Below, one piece after another: positions 44,001 through 59,000 of a stretch of DNA of 64,000 nucleotides (position 1 is the first letter of the stretch; every line of letters begins with the position of its first letter). The notes beneath the pieces were generated by a model that saw only the letters and a program-made list of their open reading frames with translations, was not told where the DNA came from and searched no databases. The position numbers and the translations under genes are program-made. Source of the stretch: Tubulanus polymorphus (lineage: Eukaryota > Animalia > Nemertea); assembly GCF_964204645.1 (NCBI RefSeq), contig NC_134033.1, positions 13,400,655-13,464,654 on the forward strand, written 5' to 3'.

Positions 44001-47000
44001 CATCGAAGTGGGGCTGGTAGTTGAGGACGATGTAAATGAATCCGCTGATGAGGTCGACTCGGTGCTCGACGAGGTAGATCTGTCTATCGCAGAGGATGTG
44101 TCAGGTGAGGACGAAATTGACGAATCCGTTGGTGATGTCGTCTCGGTGCTCGCCGAGGTCGATGTGTCTACCGTAGTGGATGTGTCAGTCGAGGACGAAG
44201 TAGACGAATCCGTTGGTGATGTTGTCTCGGTGCTCGCCGATGTCGATGTATCTTTCGTAGTGGAGCTGACAGTCGAGGACGAAGTTGACAAATCCGTTGT
44301 CAAGGTCGTATCGGTACTCGCCGAGGTCGATGTGTCTACCGTAGTGGAGCTGACAGTCGAGGATGCAGTCGACGAATCCGTTGGTGTTGTCGTCTCGGTG
44401 CTCGCCGAGGTCGATGTGTCTACCGTAGTGGATGTGTCAGTCGAGGATGAAGTAGACAAATCCGTTGGTGATGTCGTATCGATACTCGCCGAGGTCGATG
44501 TGTCTACCGTAGTGGAGCTGACAGTCGAGGATGTAGTCGACGAATCCGTTGGTGATGTCGTCTCGGTGCTCGCCGATGTCGATGTGTCTACCGTAGTTGA
44601 TGTGTCAGTCGAGGATGAAGTAGACGAATCCGTTGGTGATGTCGTGTCGGTGCTCGCCGAGGTCGATGTGTCTACCGTAGTGGAGGTGTCAGTTGAGGAC
44701 GAAGTCGACGAATCCGTTGTTAAGGTCGTATCGGTGCTCGCCGAGGTCGATGTGTCTACCGTAGTGGCGGTGTAAGTTGAGGATGAAGTAGACGAATCCG
44801 ATGGTGATGTCGTCTCAGTGCTCGCCGATGTCGATGTGTCTACCGAAGAGGCGCTGACAGTCGAGGATGAAGTAGACGAATCCGTTGGTGATGTCGTCAC
44901 GGTGCTCGCCGAAGTCGAAGTGTCTACCGTAGTGGAGGTGTCAGTCGAGGACGAAGTAGTCGAATCCGTTGGTGTTGTCGTTTCGGTGCTCACCGAGGTC
45001 GATGAGTCTACCGTAGTGGAGGTTTCAGTCGAGGACGAAGTAGACGATTCCGTTGCTGATGTCGTCTCGATGCTCGACGAGGTAGATGTGTCTACCGTAG
45101 TGGAGGTGTCAGTCGTGGACGAAGTTGACGAATCCGTTGGTGATGTCGTCACAGTGCTCGCCGAGGTCGATGTGTCTACCGTAGTGGAGGTGTCAGTCGA
45201 GGACGAAGTAGACGAATCCGTTGGTGATGTCGTCTCGGTGCTCGCCGATGTCGATGTGTCTACCGTAGTGGAGCTGAAAGTCGAGGATGAAGTAGACGAA
45301 TCCGTTGGTGATGTCGTATCGGTGCTCACCGAGGTCGATGTGTCTACCGTAGTGGAGGTGTCAGTCGACGACAAAGTAGAAAAATCCGTTGGTAAGGTCG
45401 TATCGGTAATCGCCGAGGTCGAAGTATCTGCCGTAGTTGTGTCAGTCGAGGACGAAGTAGACGAATCCGTTGCTGATATCGACCCGGTGCTCGACGAGAT
45501 AGATGTGTCTACCGTAGTTGAGCTGACAGTCGAGGACGAAGTAGACAAATCCGTTGTTAAGGTCGTATCGGTGCTCATCGAGGTCGATGTCTCTCCCGTA
45601 GTGGAGGTGTCAGTCGAGGACGAGGTAGACGAATCCGTTGTTAAGGTCGTATCGGTGCTCGCCGAGGTCGATGTGTCTACCGTAGTGGAAGTGTCAGTTG
45701 GGGACGAAGTAAACGAATCCGTTGGTGATGTCGTCACAGTGCTCGCCGAGGTTGATGTGTCTACCGTAGTGGAGGTGTCAGTCGAGGATAAAGTAGACGA
45801 ATCCGTTGGAGATGTCGTCTCGGTGCTCACCGAGGTCGATGTGTCTACCGTAGTGGAGGTGTCAGTCGATGACGAAGTAGACGAATCCGTTGGTGATGTC
45901 GTCTCGGTGCTCGCTGAGGTCGAGGTGTCTACCGTAGAGGCGCTGACAGTCGAGGATGAAGTAGACGAATCCGTTGGTGATGTCGTCACGGTTCTTGCCG
46001 AGGTCGAAGTTTCTACCGTAGAGGCGCTGACAGTCGAAGATGAAGTAGAAAAATCCGTTGGTGATGTCGTCACGGTGCTCGCCGAGGTCGATGTGTCTAC
46101 CGTAGTGGAGGTGTCAGTCGAGGACGAAGTCGACGAATCCGTTGTTAAGGTCGTATCGGTGCTCGCCGAGGTCGATGTGTCTACCGTAGTGGAGGTGTCA
46201 GTCGACGACGAAGTAGAAAAATCCGTTGTTAAGGTCGTATCGGTAAGCGCCGAGGTCGAAGTGTCTACCGTAGTGGATGTGTCAGTCGAGGACGAAGTAG
46301 ACGAATCCGTTGCTGATGTCTTCCTGGTGCTCGACGAGGTAGATGTGTCTACCATAGTCGAGCTGACAGTCGAGGATGAAGTCGACGAATCCGTTGGTGT
46401 TGTCGTCTCGGTGCTCACCGAGGTCGATGTGTCTACCGTAGTTGATGTGTCAGTCGAGGATGAAGTAGACGAATCCGTTGGTGATGTCGTCTCAGTGCTC
46501 GCCGATGTCGATGTGTCTACCGATGAGGCGCTGACAGTCGAGGATGAAGTAGACGAATCCGTTGGTGATGTCGTCACGGTGCTCGCCGAGGTCGAAGTGT
46601 CTACCGTAGTGGAGGTGTCAGTCGAGGACGAAGTAGACGAATCCGTTGGTGATGTCGTCACGGTGCTCGACGAGGAAGATGTGTCTACCGAAGTTGAGCT
46701 GACAGTCGAGGACGTAGTAGACAAATCCGTTGTTAAGGTCGTATCGGTACTCGCCGAGGTCGATGTGTCTACCGTAATGGAGCTGACAGTCGAGGATGAA
46801 GTCGACGAATCCGTTGGTGTTGTCGTCTCGGTGCTCACCGAGGTCGATGTGTCTATCGTAGTGGATGTGTCAGTCGAGGATGAAGTAGACGAATCCGTTG
46901 GTGATGTCGTATCGGTACTCGCCGAGGACGATGTGTCTACCGTAGTGGAGCTGACAGTCGATGATGAAGTAGACGAATCCGTTTGTGATGTCGTGTCGGT

Positions 47001-50000
47001 GCTCGCCGAGGTCGATGTGTCTACCGTAGTGGAGGTGTCAGTCGAGGACGAAGTAGACGAATCCGTTGGTGTTGTCGTCTCGGTGCTCACCGAGGTCGAT
47101 GTGTCTACCGTAGTGGATGTGTCAGTCGAGGATGAAGTAGACGAATCCATTGGTGATGTCGTATCGGTACTCGCCGAGGTCGATGTGTCTACCGTAGTGG
47201 AGCTGACAGTCGAGGATGTAGTCGACGAATCCGTTGGTGTTGTCGTATCGGTACTCGCCGAGGTCGATGTGTCTACCGTAGAGGAGCTGACAGTCGAGGA
47301 TGAAGTCGACGAATCCGTTGGTATTGTCGTCTCGGTGCTCACCGAAGTCGATGTGTCTACCGTAGTTGATGTGTCAGTCGAGGATGAAGTAGACGAATAG
47401 ATTGGTGATGTCGTATCGGTGCTCACCGAGGTCGATGTGTCTATCGTAGTGGAGGTGTCAGTCGAGGACGAGGTAGACGAATCCGTTGTTAAGGTCGTAT
47501 CGGTGCTCGCCGAGGTCGATGTGTCTACCGTAGTGGAAGTGTCAGTCGAGGACGAAGTAGACGAATCCGTTGGTGATGTCGTCTCGGTGCTCGCCGATGT
47601 TGATGTGTCCACCGTAGTGGAGGTGTCAGTCGAGGACGAAGTAGACGAATCCGTTGGTGATGTCGTCTCGGTGCTCGACGAGGTCGATGTGTCTACCGTA
47701 GTTGAGCTGACAGTCGAGGACGAAGTAGACAAATCCGTTGTTGAGGTCGTATCGGTACTCACCGAGGTCGATGTGTCTACCGTAGTGGAGCTGACAGTCG
47801 AGGATGAAGTAGACGAATCCGTTGGTGATGTCGTCACGGTGCTCGACGAGGTCGATGTGTTTACCGTAGTTGAGCTGACAGTCGAGGATAAAGTAGACAA
47901 ATCCGTTGTTGAGGTCGTATCGGTACTCACCGAGGTCGATGTGTCTACCGTAGTGGAGGTGTCAGTCGAGGACGAAGTAGACGAATCCGTTGGTGATGTC
48001 GTCTCGGTGCTCGCCGATGTTGATGTGTCCACCGTAGTGGAGGTGTCAGTCGAGGACGAAGTAGACGAATCCGTTGGTGATGTCGTCTCGGTCCTCGACG
48101 AGGTCGATGTGTCTACCGTAGTTGAGCTGACAGTCGAGGACGAAGTAGACAAATCCGTTGTTGAGGTCGTATCGGTACTCACCGAGGTCGATGTGTCTAC
48201 CGTAGTGGAGCTGACAGTCGAGGATGAAGTAGACGAATCCGTTGGTGATGTCGTATCGGTACTCGCCGAGGTCGATGTGTCTACCGTAGAGGAGCTTACA
48301 GTCGAGGATGAAGTCGACGAATCCGTTGGTGTTGTCGTCTCGGTACTCGCCGAGGTCGATGTGTCTATCGTAGAGGAGCTTACAGTCGAGGATGAAGCAG
48401 ACGAATCCGTTGGTGATGTCGTATCGGTACTCGCCGAGGTCGATGTGTCTACCGTAGTGGAGCTGACAGTCGAGGATAAAGTAGACGAATCCGTTGGTGA
48501 TGTCGTGTCGGTGCTCGCCGAGGTCGATGTGTTTACCGTAGTGGAGGTGTCAGTCGAGGACGAAGTAGTCGAATCCGTTGGTGTTGTCGTTTCGGTGCTC
48601 ACCGAGGTCGATGTGTCTACCGTAGTGGATGTGTCAGTCGAGGATGAAGTAGACGAATCCGTTGGTGATGTCGTATCGGTGCTCACCGAGGTCGATGTGT
48701 CTACCGTAGTGGAGGTGTCAGTCAAGGATGAAGTAGACGAATCCGTTGGTGATGTCGTATCGGTACTCGCCGAGGTCGATGTGTCTACCGTAGTGGAGCT
48801 GACAGTGGAGGATGAAGTAGACGAATCCGTTGGTGATGTCGTCTCGATGCTCACCGATGTCGATGTGTCTACCGTAGTTGATGTGTCAGTCGAGGATGAA
48901 GTAGACGAATCCGTTGGTGATGTCGTCTCGGTGCTCGCCGATGTGGATGTGTCTACCGTAGTTGATATGTCTGTCGAGGATGAAGTAGACGAATCCGTTG
49001 GTGATGTCGTCTCGATGCTCGCCGATGTCGATGTGTCTACCGTAGTTGATGTGTCAGTCGAGGATGAAGTAGACGAATCCGTTGGTGATGTCGTCTCGGT
49101 GCTCACCGATGTGGATGTGTCTACCGTAGTTGATGTGTCAGTCGAGGATGAAGTAGACGAATCCGTTGGTGATGTCGTATCGGTGCTCACCGAGGTCGAT
49201 GTGTCTACCGTAGTTGATGTGTCAGTCGAGGATGAAGTAGACGAATCCGTTGGTGATGTCGTCACGGTGCTCGCCGAGGTCGAAGTGTCTACCGTAGTTG
49301 ATGTGTCAGTTGAGGATGAAGTAGACGAATCCGTTAGTGATGTCGTATCGGTGCTCACCGAGGTCGATGTGTCTATCGTAGTGGAGGTGTCAGTCGAGGA
49401 CGAGGTAGACGAATCCGTTGTTAAGGTCGTATCGGTGCTCGCCGAGGTCGATGTGTCTACCGTAGTTGATGTGTCAGTTGAGGATGAAGTAGACGAATCC
49501 GTTGGTGTTGTCGTCACGGTGCTCGCTGAGGTCGAAGTGTCTACCGTAGTTGTCGTGTCAGTTGAGGATGAAGTAGACGAATCCGTTGGTGATGTCGTCA
49601 CGGTGCTCGCTGAGGTCGAAGTGTCTACCGTAGTTGATGTGTCAGTTGAGGATAAGGTAGACGAATCCGTTGGTGATGTCGTCTCGGTGCTCGCCGATGT
49701 CGATGTGTCTACCGTAGTTGATATGTCTGTCGAGGATGAAGTAGACGAATCCGTTGGTGATGTCGTCTCGATGCTCGCCGATGTCGATGTGTCTACCGTA
49801 GTTGATGTGTCAGTCGAGGATGTAGTAGACGAATCCGTTGGTGACGTCGTCTCGGTGCTCGCCGATGTCGATGTGTCTACCGTAGTTGATGTGTCAGTCG
49901 AGGATGAAGTAGACGAATCCGTTGGCGATGTCGTCTCGGTGCTCGCCGATGTCGATGTGTCTACCGTAGTTGATGTGTCAGTCGAGGACGAAGTAGACGA

Positions 50001-53000
50001 ATCCGTTGGTGATGTCGTCTCGGTGCTCGCCGATGTTGATGTGTCCACCGTAGTGGAGGTGTCAGTTGAGGACGAAGTAGACGAATCCGTTGGTGATGTC
50101 GTCTCGGTGCTCACCGATGTGGATATGTCTACCGTAGAGGCGCTGACAGTCGAGGATGAAGTAGACGAATCCGTTGGTGATGTCGTCTCGGTGCCCGCCG
50201 ATGTCGATGTGTCTACCGTAGTTGATATGTCTGTCGAGGATGAAGTAGACGAATCCGTTGGTGATGTCGTATCGGTGCTCACCGAGGTCGATGTGTCTAT
50301 CGTAGTGGAGGTGTCATTCGAGGACGAGGTAGACGAATCCGTTGTTAAGGTCGTATCGGTGCTCGCCGAGGTCGATGTGTCTACCGTAGTTGATGTGTCA
50401 GTTGAGGATGAAGTAGACGAATCCGTTGGTGATGTCGTATCGGTACTCGCCGAGGTCGATGTGTCTACCGTAGTTGATATGTCTGTCGAGGATGAAGTAG
50501 ACGAATCCGTTGGTGATGTCAAATCGGTGCTCACCGTGGTCGATGTGTCTATCGTAGTGGAGGTGTCAGTCGAGGATGAAGTAGACGAATCCGTTGTTAA
50601 GGTCGTATCGGTGCTCGCCGAGGTCGATGTGTCTACCGTAGTTGATGTGTCAGTTGAGGATGAAGTAGACGAATCCGTTGGTGATGTCGTCTCGGTGCTC
50701 GCCGATGTCGATATGTCTACCGTAGAGGCGCTGACAGTCGAGGATGAAGTAGACGAATCCGTTGGTGATGTCGTCTCGGTGCTCGCCGATGTCGATGTGT
50801 CTACCGTAGTTGATGTGTCAGTTGAGGATGAAGTAGACGAATCCGTTGGTGATGTCGTATCGGTGCTCACCGAGGTCGATGTGTCTATCGTAGTGGAGGT
50901 GTCAGTCGAGGACGAAGTAGACGAATCCGTTGTTGAGGTCGTATCGGTACTCACCGAGGTCGATGTGTCTACCGTAGTGGAGGTGTCAGTCGAGGACGAA
51001 GTAGACGAATCGGTTGGTGATGTCGTCTCGGTGCTCGTCGATGTTGATTTGTCCACCGTAGTGGAGGTGTCAATCGAGGTCGAAGTAGACGAATCCGTTG
51101 GTGATGTCGTCTCGGTGCTCGACGAGGTCGATGTGTCTACCGTAGTTGAGCTGACAGTCGAGGACGAAGTAGACAAATCCGTTGTTGAGGTCGTATCGGT
51201 ACTCACCGAGGTCGATGTGTCTACCGTAGTGGAGGTGTCAGTCGAGGACGAAGTAGACGAATCCGTTGGTGATGTCGTCTCGGTGCTCGCCGATGTTGAT
51301 GTGTCCACCGTAGTGGAGGTGTCAGTCGAGGACGAAGTAGACGAATCCGTTGGTGATGACGTCTCGGTGCTCGACGAGGTCGATGTGTCTACCGTAGTTG
51401 AGCTGACAGTCGAGGACGAAGTAGACAAATCCGTTGTTGAGGTCGTATCGGTGCTCACCGAGGTCGATGTGTCTACCGTAGTTGATGTGTCAGTTGAGGA
51501 TGAAGTAGACGAATCCGTTGGTGATGTCGTCACGGTGCTCGCCGAGGTCGAAGTGTCTACCGTAGTTGATGTGTCAGTTGAGGATGAAGTAGACGAATCC
51601 GTTGGTGATGTCGTCTCGGTGCTCGCCGATGTCGATGTGTCTACCGTAGAGGCGCTGACAGTCGAGGATGAAGTAGACGAATCCGTTGGTGATGTCGTCT
51701 CGGAGCTCGCCGATGTCGATGTGTCTACCGTAGTTGATATGTCTGTCGAGGATGAAGTAGACGAATCCGTTGGTGATGTCGTCTCGATGCTCGCCGATGT
51801 CGATGTGTCTACCGTAGTTGATGTGTCAGTCGAGGATAAAGTAGACGAATCCGTTGGTGATGTCGTCTCGGTGCTCGCCGATGTCGATGTGTCTACCGTA
51901 GTTGATGTGTCAGTCGAGGATGAAGTAGACGAATCCGTTGGTGATGTCGTATCGGTACTCGCCGAGGTCGATGTGTCTACCGTAGTGGAGCTGACAGTGG
52001 AGGATGAAGTAGACGAATCCGTTGGTGATGTCGTCTCGGTGCTCGCCGATGTGGATGTGTCTACCGTAGTTGATATGTCTGTCGAGGATGAAGTAGACGA
52101 ATCCGTTGGTGATGTCGTCTCGATGCTCGCCGATGTCGATGTGTCCACCGTAGTTGATGTGTCAGTCGAGGACGAAGTAGACGAATCCGTTGGTGATGTC
52201 GTCTCGGTGCTCGCCGATGTCGATGTGTCTACCGTAGTTGATGTGTCAGTCGAGGATGAAGTAGACGAATCCGTTGGTGATGTCGTATCGGTGCTCACCG
52301 AGGTCGATGTGTCTACCGTAGTTGATGTGTCAGTCGAGGATGAAGTAGACGAATCCGTTGGTGATGTCGTATCGGTACTCGCCGAGGTCGATGTGTCTAC
52401 CGTAGTGGAGCTGACAGTGGAGGATGAAGTAGACGAATCCGTTGGTGATGTCGTCTCGATGCTCACCGATGTCGATGTGTCTAACGTAGTTGATGTGTCA
52501 GTCGAGGATGATGTAGACGAATCCGTTGGTGATGTCGTCTCGATGCTCGCCGATGTCGATGTGTCTACCGTAGTTGATGTGTCAGTCGAGGATGAAGTAG
52601 ACGAATACGTTGGTGATGTCGTCTCGGTGCTCGCCGATGTCGATGTGTCTACCGTAGTTGATGTGTCAGTCGAGAATATAGTAGACGAATCCGTTGGTGA
52701 TGTCGTATCTGTGCTCACCGAGGTCGATGTGTCTATTGTAGTGGAGGTATCAGTCGAGGACGAGGTAGACGAATTCGTTGTTAAGGTCGTATCGGTGCTC
52801 GCCGAAGTCGATGTGTCTACCGTAGTTGATGTGTCAGTTGAGGATGAAGTAGACGAATCCGTTGGTGATGTCGTCACGGTGCTCGCCGAGGTCGAAGTGT
52901 CTACCGTAGTTGATGTGTCAGTTGAGGATGAAGTAGACGAATCCGTTGGTGATGTCGTCTCGGTGCTCGCCGATGTCGATGTGTCTACCGTAGAGGCGCT

Positions 53001-56000
53001 GACAGTCGAGGATGAAGTAGACGAATCCGTTGGTGATGTCGTCTCGGTGCTCGCCGATGTCGATGTGTCTACCGTAGTTGATATGTCCGTCGAGGATGAA
53101 GTAGACGAATCCGTTGGTGATGTCGTCTCGGTGCTCGCCGATGTCGATGTGTCTACCGTAGTTGATGTGTCAGTCGAGGATGAAGTAGACGAATCCGTTG
53201 GTGATGTCGTCTCGGTGCTCGCCGATGTTGATGTGTCTACCGTAGTTGATGTGTCAGTCGAGGATGAAGTAGACGAATCCGTTGGTGATGTCGTCACGGT
53301 GCTCGCCGATGTCGATGTATCTACCGTAGAGGCGCTGACAGTCGAGGATGAAGTAGACGAATCCGTTGGTGATGACGTCACGGTGCTCGCCGAGGTCGAT
53401 GTGTCTACCGTAGTGGAGGTGTCAGTCGAGGACGAAGTCGACGAATCCGTTGTAAAGGTCGTATCGGTGCTCACCGATGTCGATGTATCTATCGTAGTGG
53501 AGGTGTCAGTCGAGGATGAAGTAGACGAATCCGTTGGTGATGTCGTATCGGTGCTCACCGAGGTCGATGTGTCTACCGTAGTTAATGTGTCAGTCGAGGA
53601 TGAAGTAGACGAATCCGTTGGTGATGTCGTATCGGTACTCGCCGAGGTCGATGTGTCTACCGTAGTGGAGCTGACAGATGAGGATGAAGTAGACGAATCC
53701 GTTGGTGATGTCGTCTCGATGCTCACCGATGTCGATGTGTCTACCGTAGTTGATGTGTCAGTCGAGGATGAAGTAGACGAATCCGTTGGTGATGTCGTCA
53801 CGGTGCTCGCCGATGTCGATGTGTCTACCGTAGTTGATGTGTCAGTCGAGGATGAAGTAGACGAATCCGTCGGTGTTGTCGTCACGGTGCTCGCCAAGGT
53901 CGAAGTGTCTACCGTAGTTGATGTGTCAGTTGAGGATGAAGTAGACGAATCCGTTGGTGATGTCGTATCGGTGCTCACCGAGGTCGATGTGTCTACCGTA
54001 GTTGATGTGTCAGTCGAGGACGAGGTAGACGAATCCGTTGTTAAGGTCGTATCGGTGCTCGCCGAGGTCGATGTGTCTACCGTAGTTGATGTGTCAGTTG
54101 AGGATGAAGTAGACGAATCCGATGGTGATGTCATCACGGTTCTCGCCGAGGTCGAAGTGTCTACCGTAGTTGATGTGTCAGTTGAGGATGAAGTAGACGA
54201 ATCCGTTGGTGATGTCGTCTCGGTGCTCGCCGATGTCGATATGTCTACCGAAGAGGCGCTGACAGTCGAGGATGAAGTAGACGAATCCGTTGGTGATGTC
54301 GTATCGGTGCTCACCGAGGTCGATGTGTCTATCGTAGTGGAGGTGTCAGTCGAGGACGAGGTAGACGAAACCGTTGTTAAGGTCGTATCGGTGCTCGCCG
54401 AGGTCGATGTGTCTACCGTAGTGGAGGTGTCAGTCGAGGACGAAGTAGACGAATCGGTTGGTGATGTCGTCTCGGTGCTCGTCGATGTTGATTTGTCCAC
54501 CGTAGTGGAGGTGTCAGTCGAGGACGAAGTAGACGAATCCGTTGGTGATGTCGTCTCGGTGCTCGACGAGGTCGATGTGTCTACCGTAGTTGAGCTGACA
54601 GTCGAGGACGAAGTAGACAAATCCGTTGTTGAGGTCGTATCGGTACTCACCGATGTCGATGTGTCTACCGTAGTGGAGGTGTCAGTCGAGGACAAATTAG
54701 ACGAATCCGTTGGTGATGTCGTCTCGGTGCTCGCCGATGTTGATGTGTCCACCGTAGTGGAGGTGTCAGTCGAGGACGAAGTAGACGAATCCGTTGGTGA
54801 TGTCGTCTCGGTGCTCGACGAGGTCGATGTGTCTACCGTAGTTGAGCTGACAGTCGAGGACGAAGTAGACAAATCCGTTGTTGAGGTCGTATCGGTACTC
54901 ACCGAGGTCGATGTGTCTTCCGTAGTGGAGCTGACAGTCGAGGATAAAGTAGACGAATCCGTTGGTGATGTCGTCACGGTGCTCGCCGAGGTCGATGTGT
55001 CTACCGTAGTTGATGTGTCAGTCGAGGACGAAGTGGACGAATCCGTTGTAAAGGTCGTATCGGTGCTCACCGAGGTCGATGTGTCTACCGTAGTGGAGGT
55101 GTCAGTCGAGGATGAAGTAGACGAATCCGTTGGTGATGCCGTCACGGTACTCGCCGAGGTCGATGTGTCTACCGAAGAGGAGCTTACAGTCGAGGATGAA
55201 GTCGACGAATCCGTTGGTGTTGTCGTCTCGGTACTCGCCGAGATCGATGTGTCTACCGTAGAGGAGCTTACAGTCGAGGATGAAGTAGACGAATCCGTTG
55301 GTGATATCGTATCGGTACTCGCCGAGGTCGATGTGTCTACCGTAGTGGAGCTGACAGTCGAGGATAAAGTAGACGAATCCGTTGGTGATGTCGTGTCGGT
55401 GCTCGCCGAGGTCGATGTGTCTACCGTAGTTGATGTGTCAGTCGAGGATGAAGTAGACGAATCCGTTGGTGATGTCGTATCTGTGCTCACCGAGGTCGAT
55501 GTGTCTACCGTAGTTGATGTGTCAGTCGAGGATGAAGTAGACGAATCCGTTGGTGATGTCGTATCGGTACTCGCCGAGGTCGATGTGTCTACCGTAGTGG
55601 AGCTGACAGTGGAGGATGAAGTAGACGAATCCGTTGGTGATGTCGTCTCGGTGCTGGCCGATGTGGATGTGTCTACCGTAGTTGATATGTCTGTCGAGGA
55701 TGAAGTAGACGAATCCGTTGGTGATGTCGTCTCGATGCTCGCCGATGTCGATGTGTCTACCGTAGTTGATGTTTCAGTCGAGGATGAAGTAGACGAATCC
55801 GTTGGTGATGTCGTCTCGGTGCTCGCCGATGTCGATGTGTCTACCGTAGTTGATGTGTCAGTCGAGGATGAAGTAGACGAATCCGTTGGTGATGTCGTAT
55901 CGGTGCTCACCGAGGTCGATGTGTCTACCGTAGTTGATGTGTCAGTCGAGGATGAAGTAGATGAATCCGTTGGTGATGTCGTCTCAATGCTCGCCGATGT

Positions 56001-59000
56001 CGATGTGTCTACCGTAGTTGATGTGTCAGTCGAGGATGAAGTAGACGAATCCGTTGGTGATGTCGTCTCGATGCTCGCCGATGTCGATGTGTCTACCGTA
56101 GTTGATGTGTCAGTCGAGGATGAAGTAGACGAATACGTTGGTGATGTCGTCTCGGTGCTCGCCGATGTCGATGTGTCTACCGTAGTTGATATGTCAGTCG
56201 AGAATATAGTAGACGAATCCGTTGGTGATGTCGTATCGGTGCTCACCGAGGTCGATGTGTCTATTGTAGTGGAGTTGTCAGTCGAGGACGAGGTAGACGA
56301 ATCCGTTGTTAAGGTCGTATCGGTGCTCACCGAGGTCGATGTGTCTACCGTAGTGGATGTGTCAGTCGAGGATGAAGTAGACGAATCCGTTGGTGATGTC
56401 GTATCTGTGCTCACCGAGGTCGATGTGTCTACCGTAGTTGATGTGTCAGTCGAGGATGAAGTAGACGAATCCGTTGGTGATGTCGTATCGGTACTCGCCG
56501 AGGTCGATGTGTCTACCGTAGTGGAGCTGACAGTGGAGGATGAAGTTGACGAATCGGTTGGTGATGTCGTCTCGGTGCTGGCCGATGTGGATGTGTCTAC
56601 CGTAGTTGATATGTCTGTCGAGGATGAAGTAGACGAATCCGTTGGTGATGTCGTATCGGTACTCGCCGAGGTCGATGTGTCTACCGTAGTGGAGCTGACA
56701 GTCGAGGATAAAGTAGACGAATCCGTTGGTGATGTCGTATCGGTACTCACCGAGGTCGATGTGTCTACCGTAGTTGAGCTGACAGTCGAGGATGAAGTAG
56801 ACGAATCCGTTGGTGATGTCGTCACGGTGCTCGCCGAGGTCGATGTGTCTACCGTAGTGGAGGTGTCAGTCGAGGACGAAGTCGACGAATCCGTTGTAAA
56901 GGTCGTATCGGTGCTCACCGAGGTCGATGTGTCTATCGTAGTGGAGGTGTCAGTCGAGGATGAAGTCGACGAATCCGTTGGTGATGTCGTATCGGTACTC
57001 GCCGAGGTCGATGTGTCTACCGTAGTGGAGCTGACAGTCGAGGATAAAGTAGACGAATCCGTTGGTGATGTCGTGTCGGTGCTCGCCGAGGTCGATGTGT
57101 CTACCGTAGTGGAGGTGTCAGTCGAGGACGAAGTAGTCGAATCCGTTGGTGTTGTCGTTTCGGTGCTCACCGAGGTCGATGTGTCTACCGTAGTGGATGT
57201 GTCAGTCGAGGATGAAGTAGACGAATCCGTTGGTGATGTCGTATCGGTGCTCACCGAGGTCGATGTGTCTACCGTAGTTGATGTGTCAGTCGAGGATGAA
57301 GTAGACGAATCCGTTGGTGATGTCGTATCGGTACTCGCCGAGGTCGATGTGTCTACCGTAGTGGAGCTGACAGTGGAGGATGAAGTAGACGAATCCGTTG
57401 GTGATGTCGTCTCGATGCTCACCGATGTCGATGTGTCTACCGTAGTTGATGTGTCAGTCGAGGATGAAGTAGACGAATCCGTTGGTGATGTCGTCTCGGT
57501 GCTCGCCGATGTGGATGTGTCTACCGTAGTTGATATGTCTGTCGAGGATGAAGTAGACGAATCCGTTGGTGATGTCGTATCGATGCTCGCCGATGTCGAT
57601 GTGTCTACCGTAGTTGATGTGTCAGTCGAGGATGAAGTAGACGAATCCGTTGGCGATGTCGTCTCGGTGCTCGCCGATGTCGATGTGTCTACCGTAGTTG
57701 ATGTGTCAGTCGAGGATGAAGTAGACGAATCCGTTGGCGATGTCGTATCGGTGCTCGCCGAGGTCGATGTGTCTACCGTAGTTGATGTGTCAGTCGAGGA
57801 TGAAGTAGACGAATCCGTTGGTGATGTCGTATCGGTACTCGCCGAGGTCGATGTGTCTACCGTAGTGGAGCTGACAGTCGAGGATGAAGTCGACGAATCC
57901 GTCGGTGATGTCGTATCGGTACTCGCCGAGGTCGATGTATCTACCGTAGTGGAGCTGACAGTCGAGGATGAAGTCGACGAATCCGTCGGTGTTGTCGTCT
58001 CGGTGCTCACCGAGGTCGATGTGTCTACCGTAGTTGATGTGTCAGTAGAGGATGAAGTAGACGAATCCGTTGTAAAGGTCGTATCGGTGCTCACCGATGT
58101 CGATGTATCTATCGTAGTGGAGGTGTCAGTCGAGGATGAAGTAGACGAATCCGTTGGTGATGTCGTATCGGTGCTCACCGAGGTCGATATGTCTACCGTA
58201 GTGGAGCTGACAGTGGAGGATGAAGTAGACGAATCCGTTGGTGATGTCGTCTCGGTGCTCGACGAGGTCGATGTGTCTACCGTAGTTGAGCTGACAGTCG
58301 AGGACGAAGTAGACAAATCCGTTGTAAAGGTCGTATCGGTGCTCACCGATGTCGATGTATCTATCGTAGTTGATGTGTCAGTCGAGGATGAAGTAGACGA
58401 ATCCGTTGGTGATGTCGTATCGGTACTCACCGAGGTCGATGTGTCTACCGTAGTGGAGCTGACAGTGGAGGATGAAGTAGACGAATCCGTTGGTGATGTC
58501 GTTACGGTGCTCGCCGAGGTCGAAGTGTCTACCGTAGTTGATGTGTCAGTTGAGGATGAAGTTGACGAATCCGTTGATGATGTCGTCTCGGTGTTCGCCG
58601 ATGTCGATATGTCTACCGTAGAGGCGCTGACAGTCGAGGATGAAGTAGACGAATCCGTTGGTGATGTCGTCTCGGTGCTCGCCGATGTCGATGTGTCTAC
58701 CGTAGTTGATATGTCTGTCGAGGATGAAGTAGACGAATCCGTTGGTGATGTCGTCACGGTGCTCGCCGATGTCGATGTATCTACCGGAGAGCCGCTGACA
58801 GTCGAGGACGAAGTAGACGAATCCGTTGGTGATGTCGTCACGGTGCTCGCCGATGTCGATGTATCTACCGGAGAGGCGCTGACAGTCGAGGATGAAGTAG
58901 ACGAATCCGTTGGTGATGTCGTCTCGGTGCTCACCGATGTGGATGTGTCTACCGTAGTTGATGTGTCAGTCGAGGATGAAGTAGACGAATCCGTTGGTGA

